A DNA stretch of 47,762 nucleotides from Atractiella rhizophila (taxonomy: Eukaryota), in NCBI GenBank assembly GCA_021432655.1, contig MU271539.1, positions 1-47,762 on the forward strand, in the 5' to 3' direction. How positions within the stretch are numbered: position 1 is the first letter of the stretch; each line of letters opens with the position of its first letter. The notes beneath the pieces were generated by a model, which saw nothing but the letters and a program-made list of their open reading frames with translations, did no database searches and was not told the origin of the DNA. A program made the position numbers and the translations under genes. Shown here one piece after another: positions 14,083 through 23,372 of the stretch.

Positions 14083-15724
14083 TCAGAGGAGGGTTCCGAG
14101 CCTTTAAAGAAACAACGAACAGAATATTAGTACTGCTCTCCATCGAAAATAAATCACCGTTTGAGTGGCCCCGATGGACCGTATAAAAAGGCAGCGATAA
14201 GCCCAACAATCAAGCTGACAGAAATCAAGAAGGGCACTGCGCCAGCAGCGACGAGCCCTAGCTTCCCAAATTTTGGTGGTGGGAGGGTTGTTTGCTGTTG
14301 CGTAGGGGGAAAGGGTTGGACAGCCATAACTGACCCTATTTGCTTCAGCGACTTGATGTAGAAAGCGTCTAGATTTCTTTCTGCTTCGTCCTCCTTCCCA
14401 ACTGGCACTTTCGACAATCGAAGAGTTAAAGTGGTAGAGTCGCTGCCCTGAGACAGAATAGTTGTAAGCTCTCCAAAGTGACCTTCCGGCCATGTCGGCG
14501 CTATAAGCAAGTTAGCAGGTTCCCGAAATGGAAAGTAATGGCGTACCTCGCCATGTTGAGACCATCTTTTTTGGTGCGTCGACAGATATAACCTTCCCAA
14601 CAATGTTGTTACCAAACATGCTGATTTCGGCACCTGGTTCAGGCTTGATCTGCGTTCTCTTCAGCTTTCAAGCTCTATTCACAGAAAGTCCAACCCACTT
14701 TCGCAGGATTCCTCGTCCACATCGGTACCTTGGTTTCGTCCGTCAAGAAGGACCAGAGATCTTCAGCGGTGACCATGAAAGCGCCGTCTACTTTTACAGT
14801 TGACGTGTTAAGAGCAGCAGATTCCGTTTTAGTCGACGGCTTCACACCAGCAGAGCCTGATGGGGCTGGTGATGCCGAAGGCCCAGGGGAGGGTGCAGTG
14901 CCAGCAGGTGTCTGAGCGCCAGACGGGGGCTGAGAGATGGAGTTGGGGTCAACAATCATTTGGTTTCCGTGCGTCTCCATTAGAACCTTCCAGAACACTC
15001 ATTTGTCAGCTTCAGAATGTTTTGCAGATGAAGGACGAACGAACCTTGGGGTACTCATGGAACTTTGCCCGCAAAGCCTTTGAAAGGGTCTTTTTGACAT
15101 TATTCTCAAAGAGATCCTTTGCTTCTTTCTTGGACGAGTTGCAAGTGTATTCGAACGTGTAGTCAGATTCGTCCAAGTCGTGCATAACCTCCAGCGCCGT
15201 TATGTCTCCCGACGCCTTTTCACCGTCCGAAAGGTCGGCTACAGGAGATACAATCAGCGCTGCTTTACAGAAACCGAGGAGAAAGATCACACCTTCCCAT
15301 CTCATCGTGATTTTGAAGTCGTAAATCTATTCAAGACCTAACTTCAGTGCCAGTAGGCGACATGCGAATAAACCCCACCGTGACGACCCTAGTTACCTCA
15401 AATTACTATTCAACGCTTAAGACGCGAGAATAAATGAGACACGCACTTCGCCTTCCTCATTCCCAGTTCGCAAAGTCCCTCGATTTCTCCAACACTTGGA
15501 CAAATCCCTCTTAACCCAGATAACTGACACAACGAACAGACACACCTGTCAATCCTCACTGGACCTTCGGACAGGAGAAGCTCATTTTTAAACCATTCTT
15601 GGCTCCATTTGGTACAATCTGTTGGACGAATCCACGATCTCGTCAGCAGCTGCTACAGTAATGAGAAAAGGTCCTGACCCTTGTTACGCCAGTGCCAATT
15701 CACGATAGTAGAAGACTGAGCCAT
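14083..15724 (-). CDS. AHA1: Hsp90 co-chaperone Aha1, copy 1 (complete, including last exon)
   Basis: MAQSSTIVNWHWRNKDCTKWSQEWFK, GEIEGLCELGMRKAKVVTIYDFKI, and a C-terminal START-like domain (TAEDLWSFLTDE...APTWPEGHF...FYIKSLKQIG). Last intron 14334-14102; last exon 14101-14083 encodes LGTLL*. Confidence 0.93.
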
Positions 15725-15886
15725 TTTGATGATTTTTCCTTGCTCTTCTGCAGAAAAGTCGAGAACACTGCTGGTGGTATGCTGGCGGCTGGAAGATGTT
15801 TGCGCAGCACTTTAGGCACCTGGCTTGCTCCAACCACGAAGCAACTTTCTACCTTTCACTTCCTCTCTTTACTTTTCCCAAAAAAA

Positions 15887-15949
15887 ATGGCTGACGGACC
15901 AGAAATCACACGCCTGAATAGCTAGTGAGCTCTTTTCTCTGCGTTCTAC
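15887..15949 (+). pseudogene. CDC10: Truncated CDC10 fragment (exon 1 plus part of intron 1) cut by the duplication junction
   Basis: ATG GCT GAC GGA CCA... as in the copies at 17712 and 19662, ending at the junction. Confidence 0.85.
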
Positions 15950-15977
15950 ATTAGTACTGCTCTCCATCGAAAATAAA

Positions 15978-17548
15978 TCACCGTTTGAGTGGCCCCGATG
16001 GACCGTATAAAAAGGCAGCGATAAGCCCAACAATCAAGCTGACAGAAATCAAGAAGGGCACTGCGCCAGCAGCGACGAGCCCTAGCTTCCCAAATTTTGG
16101 TGGTGGGAGGGTTGTTTGCTGTTGCGTAGGGGGAAAGGGTTGGACAGCCATAACTGACCCTATTTGCTTCAGCGACTTGATGTAGAAAGCGTCTAGATTT
16201 CTTTCTGCTTCGTCCTCCTTCCCGACTGGCACTTTCGACAATCGAAGAGTTAAAGTGGTAGAGTCGCTGCCCTGAGACAGAATAGTTGTAAGCTCTCCAA
16301 AGTGACCTTCCGGCCATGTCGGCGCTATAAGCAAGTTAGCAGGTTCCCGAAATGGAAAGTAATGGCGTACCTCGCCATGTTGAGACCATCTTTTTTGGTG
16401 CGTCGACAGATATAACCTTCCCAACGATGTTGTTACCAAACATGCTGATTTCGGCACCTGGTTCAGGCTTGATCTGCGCTCTCTTCAGCTTTCAAGCTCT
16501 ATTCACAGAAAGTCCAACCCACTTTCGCAGGATTCCTTGTCCACATCGGTACCTTGGTTTCGTCCGTCAAGAAGGACCAGAGATCTTCAGCGGTGACCAT
16601 GAAAGCGCCGTCTACTTTTACAGTTGACGTGTTAAGAGCAGCAGATTCCGTTTTAGTCGACGGCTTCACACCAGCAGAGCCTGATGGGGCTGGTGATGCC
16701 GAAGGCCCAGGGGAGGGTGCAGTGCCAGCAGGTGTCTGAGCGCCGGACGGGGGCTGAGAGATGGAGTTGGGGTCAACAATCATTTGGTTTCCGTGCGTCT
16801 CCATTAGAACCTTCCAGAACACTCATTTGTCAGCTTCAGAATGTTTTGCAGATGAAGGACGAACGAACCTTGGGGTACTCATGGAACTTTGCCCGCAAAG
16901 CCTTTGAAAGGGTCTTTTTGACATTATTCTCAAAGAGATCCTTTGCTTCTTTCTTGGACGAGTTGCAAGTGTATTCGAACGTGTAGTCAGATTCGTCCAA
17001 GTCGTGCATAACCTCCAGCGCCGTTATGTCTCCCGACGCCTTTTCACCGTCCGAAAGGTCGGCTACAGGAGATACAATCAGCGCTGCTTTACAGAAACCG
17101 AGGAGAAAGATCACACCTTCCCATCTCATCGTGATTTTGAAGTCGTAAATCTATTCAAGACCTAACTTCAGTGCCAGTAGGCGACATGCGAATAAACCCC
17201 ACCGTGACGACCCTAGTTACCTCAAATTACTATTCAACGCTTAAGACGCGAGAATAAATGAGACACGCACTTCGCCTTCCTCATTCCCAGTTCGCAAAGT
17301 CCCTCGATTTCTCCAACACTTGGACAAATCCCTCTTAACCCAGATAACTGACACAACGAACAGACACACCTTTCAATCCTCACTGGACCTTCGGACAGGA
17401 GAAGCTCATTTTTAAACCATTCTTGGCTCCATTTTGTACAATCTGTTGGACGAATCCACGATCTCGTCAGCAGCTGCTACAGTAATGAGAAAAGGTCCTG
17501 ACCCTTGTTACGCCAGTGCCAATTCACGATAGTAGAAGACTGAGCCAT
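15978..17548 (-). CDS. AHA1: Aha1, copy 2; lacks the final acceptor and exon, so only the intron-read-through membrane-tail C-terminus is encoded
   Basis: Near-identical to copy 1. The junction at 15950 falls right after the last intron's branch site (gtactaat), removing aag|G-LGTLL*. Confidence 0.8.
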
Positions 17549-17711
17549 TTTGACGATTTTTCCTTGCTCTTCTGCAAAAAAGTCGAGAACACTGCTGGTG
17601 GTATGCTGGCGGCTGGAAGATGTTTGCGCAGCACTTTAGGCACCTGGCTCGCTCCAACCACGAAGCAACTTTCTACCTTTCACTTCCTCTCTTTACTTTT
17701 CCAAAAAAAAA

Positions 17712-19011
17712 ATGGCTGACGGACCAGAAATCACACGCCTGAATAGCTAGTGAGCTCTTTTCTCCACGCTCTACAAAAAAATTGGGTCTGAGAGGTTACC
17801 TTCGCTAGTGTTGGTTTCGACTCTATCACAAAGCAAATCGAACACAAGCTCCTCAAGCGAGGATTTCAGTTCAACGGTCTGCGATTTCCTACCTCCTGAG
17901 ATGAGTGCTCACAAAATTTCCTGGGAAAAGTCATTGTGGTCGGCCAAACTGGTCTTGGAAAGTCCACGTTGATTAACACCATTTTCGCGTCCCATTTGAT
18001 CGACTCGAAGGGAAGGTTTGAGGCGGACGAGCCTATCCGCCAGACTACTGAGATTCAAGCCGTCTCCCATGGTACGTTTCTCGCGTTTTAAACGAGCCGT
18101 GGGAGGAGGTTGAGGTTCGGTGTTCTGGAACAGTTGTCCAAGAAAACAATGTTACACTCCGACTCAATATCGTTGATACTCCTGGGTACGGAGACTTAGT
18201 CAATAACGAGAACTGGTGTGTTTCCTCTATCATCCAGAGAGACTCTGTTTAAAGGAAGAACAAACAGTTGGGACCCCATAATCAAGTACATCAAGGACCA
18301 GCATTCCGCCTATCTTCGCAAGGAGCTTACTGCCATGCGAGACCGATATATTCAAGACACGCGGATCCATTGCGCGCTCTATTTTATCGCTCCTACCGGC
18401 CACAGCTTGAGGACGATCGATATCATTGTCATGAAGAAGCTTTCGGAGGTGGTGAACGTCGTCCCTGTCATTGCCAAGAGCGACAGTCTCACGCTCGAGG
18501 AAAGACAGAAGTTCAAGGAAACTGTACGCCTTTCTTACACTAACCCGCGTCGTAATCGAACCATGTGAGAGCAGATCCGCGCTGAGCTTGCCCACCACAA
18601 TATTCGGGTCTTCCCCTTCGACAACGACGAAAATGATCCTGAGGAGACGCAACTCAACGAAGCGATCAGGAACATGATCCCCTTTGCGGTCGTTGGTTCA
18701 GAGAGGAATGTGATCATTGATGGAAAACCGGTGAGAGGAAGGAAGAATAGGTGGGGAGTCATCAATGTCGAAAATGAGCAACACTGCGACTTCAACTACC
18801 TCAGGAATTTCTTGATGAGGTTCGCGCTTTCATGTTTATGGGCTATTCGATTGAACACTGATCTGGTCGTCGTGACTGCAGGACTCACCTACAAGACCTG
18901 ATCGAGACTACTGCTCAGATCCACTACGAAGCTTTCAGGTCGAAACAACTACTTGCACTTAAGGAATCGAGTGCGAACAAGGCTGCTCAACAACAACCCA
19001 ACGGTGTTTAG
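17712..19011 (+). CDS. CDC10: Septin Cdc10/Spn2 group, first full copy (3' UTR cut 10 nt after the stop)
   Basis: YVGFDSITKQIEHKLLKRGFQFNVIVVGQTGLGKST (G1), DTPGYG (G3), AKSD (G4), GRKNRWG, and a short C-terminus with no coiled coil. Confidence 0.93.
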
Positions 19012-19021
19012 AGGATGTCTT

Positions 19022-19500
19022 AGATACAATCAGCGCTGCTTTACAGAAACCGAGGAGAAAGATCACACCTTCCCATCTCATCGTGATTTTGAAGTCGTAA
19101 ATCTATTCAAGACCTAACTTCAGTGCCAGTAGGCGACATGCGAATAAACCCCACCGTGACGACCCTAGTTACCTCAAATTACTATTCAACGCTTAAGACG
19201 CGAGAATAAATGAGACACGCACTTCGCCTTCCTCATTCCCAGTTCGCAAAGTCCCTCGATTTCTCCAACACTTGGAGGAATTCCTCTTAACCCAGATAAC
19301 TGACATAACGAACAGACACACCTTTCAATCCTCACTGGACCTTCGGACAGGAGAAGCTCATTTTTAAACCATTCTTGGCTCCATTTTGTACAATCTGTTG
19401 GACGAATCCACGATCTCGTCAGCAGCTGCTACAGTAATGAGAAAAGGTCCTGACCCTTGTTACGCCAGTGCCAATTCACGATAGTAGAAGACTGAGCCAT
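19022..19500 (-). pseudogene. AHA1: 5' fragment of AHA1 (first four exons) truncated at the duplication B junction
   Basis: ATG at 19500; matches 17070-17548 and ends at 19022. Confidence 0.85.
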
Positions 19501-19661
19501 TTTGATGATTTTTCCTTGCTCTTCTGCAGAAAAGTCGAGAACACTGCTGGTGGTATGCTGGCGGCTGGAATATGTTTGCGCAGCACTTTAGGCACCTGGC
19601 TTGCTCCAACCACGAAGCAACTTTCTACCTTTCACTTCCTCTCTTTACTTTTCCCAAAAAA

Positions 19662-20963
19662 ATGGCTGACGGACCAGAAATCACACGCCTGAATAGCTAG
19701 TGAGCTCTTTTCTCTGCGTTCTACCAAAAAAATTGGGTCTGAGAGGTTACCTTCGCTAGTGTTGGTTTCGACTCTATCACAAAACAAATCGAACACAAGC
19801 TCCTCAAGCGAGGATTTCAGTTCAACGGTCTGCAATTTCCTACCTCCTGAGATGAGTGCTCACAAAATTTCCTGGAAAAAGTCATTGTGGTCGGCCAAAC
19901 TGGTCTCGGAAAGTCCACGTTGATTAACACCATTTTCGCGTCCCATTTGATCGACTCGAAGGGAAGGTTTGAGGCAGACGAGCCTATCCGCCAGACTACT
20001 GAGATTCAAGCTGTCTCTCATGGTGCGTTTCTCGCATTTTAAACAAGCCGTGGGGGGAGGTTGAGGTTCGGTGTTCTGGAACAGTTGTCCAAGAAAACAA
20101 TGTTACACTCCGACTCAATATCGTTGACACTCCTGGGTACGGAGACTTAGTCAATAACGAGAACTGGTGTGTTCCCTCTATCATTTAGCGAGACGCTGTT
20201 TTAAAGGAAGAACAAACAGTTGGGACCCCATAATCAAGTACATCAAGGACCAGCATTCCGCCTATCTTCGCAAGGAGCTTACTGCCATGCGAGACCGATA
20301 TATTCAAGACACGCGGATCCATTGCGCGCTCTATTTTATCGCTCCTACCGGCCACAGCTTGAGGACGATCGATATCATTGTCATGAAGAAGCTTTCGGAG
20401 GTGGTGAACGTCGTCCCTGTCATTGCCAAGAGCGACAGTCTCACGCTCGAGGAAAGGCAGAAGTTCAAGGAAACTGTACGCCTTTCTTACACTAACCCGC
20501 GTCGTAATCGAACCATGTGAGAGCAGATCCGCGCTGAGCTTGCCCACCACAATATTCGGGTCTTCCCCTTCGACAACGACGAAAATGATCCTGAGGAGAC
20601 GCAACTCAACGAAGCGATCAGGAACATGATCCCCTTTGCGGTCGTTGGTTCAGAGAGGAATGTGATCATTGATGGAAAACCGGTGAGAGGAAGGAAGAAT
20701 AGGTGGGGAGTCATCAATGTCGAAAATGAGCAACACTGCGACTTCAACTACCTCAGGAATTTCTTGATGAGGTTCGCGCTTTCATGTTTATGGGCTATTC
20801 GATTGAACACTGATCTGGTCGTCGTGACTGCAGGACTCACCTACAAGACCTGATCGAGACTACTGCTCAGATCCACTACGAAGCTTTCAGGTCGAAACAA
20901 CTACTTGCACTTAAGGAATCGAGTGCGAACAAGGCCGCTCAACAACAACCCAACGGTGTTTAG
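19662..20963 (+). CDS. CDC10: Septin Cdc10/Spn2 group, second full copy with native 3' UTR
   Basis: Same exon structure as 17712-19011. The coding differences I found are synonymous. Confidence 0.93.
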
Positions 20964-21535
20964 AGGATGTCTTTTCCACTTACCTTTCTCGACCAACCAA
21001 ATGTTTATCCATTCGTCCTCTCAAAACGTCAGCTTCGTTCGTTTAATCCAGGCTTTTCGTACGGTCCATTTCCAGTTCCGCTGTCTACTCATCTTGTTAC
21101 GTTACATCTTTTGTCAGAGGTGGTCAAAGAGTTTGGCGAAGGTCCAAATTCTGCCTTTTTTGGTTGGGGAGGTCGAATGGGGTTCGCTGTTCGCTCAAAG
21201 TTGAGTACGTTGAGTGGTAGGAGACGCAGAGTGGTTATACCCTTACTCTTTGGTTAATGCATTCGATTTATTCTTCAACCTTCAATGTGGCAAAGCAGAA
21301 TGGAATGCTACTCGTGCCTTCCTCCTTCCATGAAGCTTGAAGCTTGAAACATGTGGATTTCGAGTTCGAGGACAAAGAGTGAGGAAAAGCTTGAGGAAAG
21401 GAAAGTATTGAAGCATCGCATTGATGCTATTCACATCAGTTTCCGCCACTTTTCGTTTTTAGGTCACAGGTATGTAATTAACATGTTTGTGCAAACATGT
21501 ATTTCACAAGTTGTGAAAGAGTGACAAAAAATTAT

Positions 21536-21712
21536 AGCGCAAGTCCCCCGAAAGAGACTTCGCGCCTAAGCAAATATTCAGACCCGTGCCAACGCGATGC
21601 GCCGTCACTAATATGGGACTCCCGTGGGTCGTTTGGGTCACCGTGCAATGCGCGAGTCCCATACCAGACACCCAGGTTTCTTGAGCCCCAGAAGCCAGGT
21701 CAAGGTAAGTAT
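21536..21712 (-). ncRNA. U1: U1 spliceosomal snRNA, copy 1
   Basis: 5' ATACTTACCT (splice-site recognition), loop I GCTCAAGAAA, stem TATGGGACTC/GAGTCCCATA enclosing the U1A site ATTGCAC, helix H GACC/GGTC, Sm-like AATATTTG, terminal hairpin AAGTCTCT-TTCG-GGGGACTT, and TATAAAA ~30 nt upstream. Confidence 0.93.
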
Positions 21713-21738
21713 GAAGACTTCAAGTTGACCTTCCTCCC

Positions 21739-21745
21739 TTTTATA
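21739..21745 (-). promoter_or_regulatory. TATA box of U1 copy 1
   Basis: TATAAAA 27-33 nt upstream of the ATACTTACCT start; conserved in copy 2. Confidence 0.75.
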
Positions 21746-22294
21746 CCTTTCGCAACCGCACAAGGTTGTCGGAATTTTGTTCCAAAGCCACTCCTAAAAA
21801 AGGAAATTCGTGGCTGCCAATTCATTTATCACCGATGTTCCTCCACCTCGCATTTCTCAACCCGTCCGCATCCATCCCAAACCCGTGATATCCGACGCTT
21901 TTAGCTCAGTTCTGGTTCTGAAAAGCCAAGTTTCAATGGTATGAAAGCTAGCATACATATTACTCCACATGCACAACGAGGCACCTTCATGTGAGCGCCC
22001 CTGCAGCCAGGCTCCCCACATGCCAGCCTCGATTTTGTGGGAAAGTGATTGCAAGGCTTTGCCTGGACATGTCATTGAACCACTGCTCTCACCCGCATTG
22101 TGCCTCTCGCTCTTTATGATGTGTCACATTTTTATGAGATCCATGGAAAGCACTCCGCGAACTCCAGTATTGGCTATAGCGCTGTGACGAAGTGGGCAGA
22201 AAGATGGAAACCGCTTTCCACCTTTCATCCCATTGATCAACCACAGTAACCTCCAATGCGACGTTTGTGACGTGTCACAAGGTGCGCTGCTGGT

Positions 22295-23120
22295 GCTCCG
22301 ACTTTCACTTCAACATACGGCTGCCCGCCCCATCTTCGTAGATGTCTACATCAGTCTTCAGGCAAAGCTGCCCACGTTTCTTTCTTTCGAGGTGGAATCG
22401 TGAGAATTGCGGACAAACCTTCATCTTCCAGTATTGGCTATCGTGAAGAAAGGATAGGCGCCATTGTAGGTCCGCTGGATATTCGCCATTGCATAGATTC
22501 ACAGGCTGTCCATCTCACGAGTCTCCTAGTAAAGAAATACTGATCTGGGTATTTAGACGACACTCTTGACGAAATAAATGTCACTTGCGAGAAAACAGAG
22601 GCAGGAGGAAGCACGAAGCACGAAGCCTTCAGATTTGTCAGTCTATTAGCGGATTGGATTTGAGTTCGTCCTTGTGCCGTCGTCGCAAACGGATCACAAT
22701 TAACTCTTTTGCAGGATCGCAGGATCCAAAAACAAGAAATTCCTCCCTGCTTCTATACATCATCAAGAATGAATTGTACTGACTATGAAGGCATCACTTC
22801 ACGACCAGTTCCTTGGTCGTGAAATCTCCTCGATCCTCCCCTCCACATCGGAAAAGAAGTGCGACCCTCTACCCTGAACGAAGGCCAACAAGAAACATTT
22901 TCCTCAATTGTGAAGCAGTTTCCTCCAACTTCATAGCTCATGACGATCGTTCTGGAGGAAACTGAAGAGACAGAACGAAATCTGAAAATGGGGAGCGTGG
23001 ACGTCTCTATGAGATTAGTGGAAGAGTGCAGCATGCTTTTTAAAAGAGAGGGATGGGACGATAGTTCTTTCCGGAGAAAGGGGAATGGTCATGCTGATAA
23101 CTTTTCATGGACTAAGAAGA
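22295..23120 (+). pseudogene. Decayed copy of the alpha/beta-hydrolase gene at 40534-41541
   Basis: Colinear nucleotide similarity across all exons (e.g. ctttcacttcaacatacggc vs actttcacatcaacgtatggc; ggtcgtgaaatctcctcgatc vs ggtcgagaaatatcctcaatt; tgaagagacagaacg; gagattagtggaag), with many deletions, frameshifts and stops. Confidence 0.85.
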
Positions 23121-23372
23121 ACAGGCTCCGAGTCTCGTAAACGAGTAGTCTTGTTACTTCTCCGATCTAGACGATAAGGATGCCTTACTTTGCAGCTGTC
23201 TGAATGATATAACAGTCGTAATCTACGTAAATCAACACCTCAAACTCATAGGCATTGTTTGAAGAGTGGTCCGGTTCGGTCGGAAATAGCCAAAAATTTG
23301 ACTGGGAAGAAGCAAAACGAACCCTGCCTAAATAATAGCGACAGGTGAAAGCGGGACGGCTTTCCTTAGATA

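Larger units (their letters stand above)
14126..17773. repeat. Tandem duplication A, period 1824 bp (14126-15949 and 15950-~17773)
   Basis: Near-identical sequence with ORFs offset by exactly 1824 (e.g. 14154 vs 15978). Junction gcgttctac|attagtactg at 15949/15950. Confidence 0.97.
17070..20973. repeat. Tandem duplication B, period ~1952 bp (17070-19021 and 19022-~20973)
   Basis: ORFs offset by 1952 (18674 vs 20626). Junction gaggatgtctt|agatacaatc at 19021/19022. Confidence 0.97.

Noticed and set aside
14126..20973. Helitron or Pack-element capture as the cause of the AHA1/CDC10 repeats
   Set aside because: No TC...CTRR termini with hairpin, TIRs or TSDs at either junction; the repeats are simple head-to-tail copies.
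20905..21204. Frameshifted or extended C-terminus of the second CDC10 copy
   Set aside because: The terminal exon has the same length as in the first copy and stops at TAG 20961-20963. The ORF is an alternative frame running into the 3' UTR.
21612..21663. tRNA or stand-alone hairpin at TATGGGACTC...GAGTCCCATA
   Set aside because: No cloverleaf or A/B boxes; it is U1 stem-loop II.
21497..21904. ORF MYFTSCERV... and its twin at 42201-42515 as a duplicated small protein
   Set aside because: Both are antisense to U1 snRNA. Identity is confined to the RNA and the frames diverge outside it.
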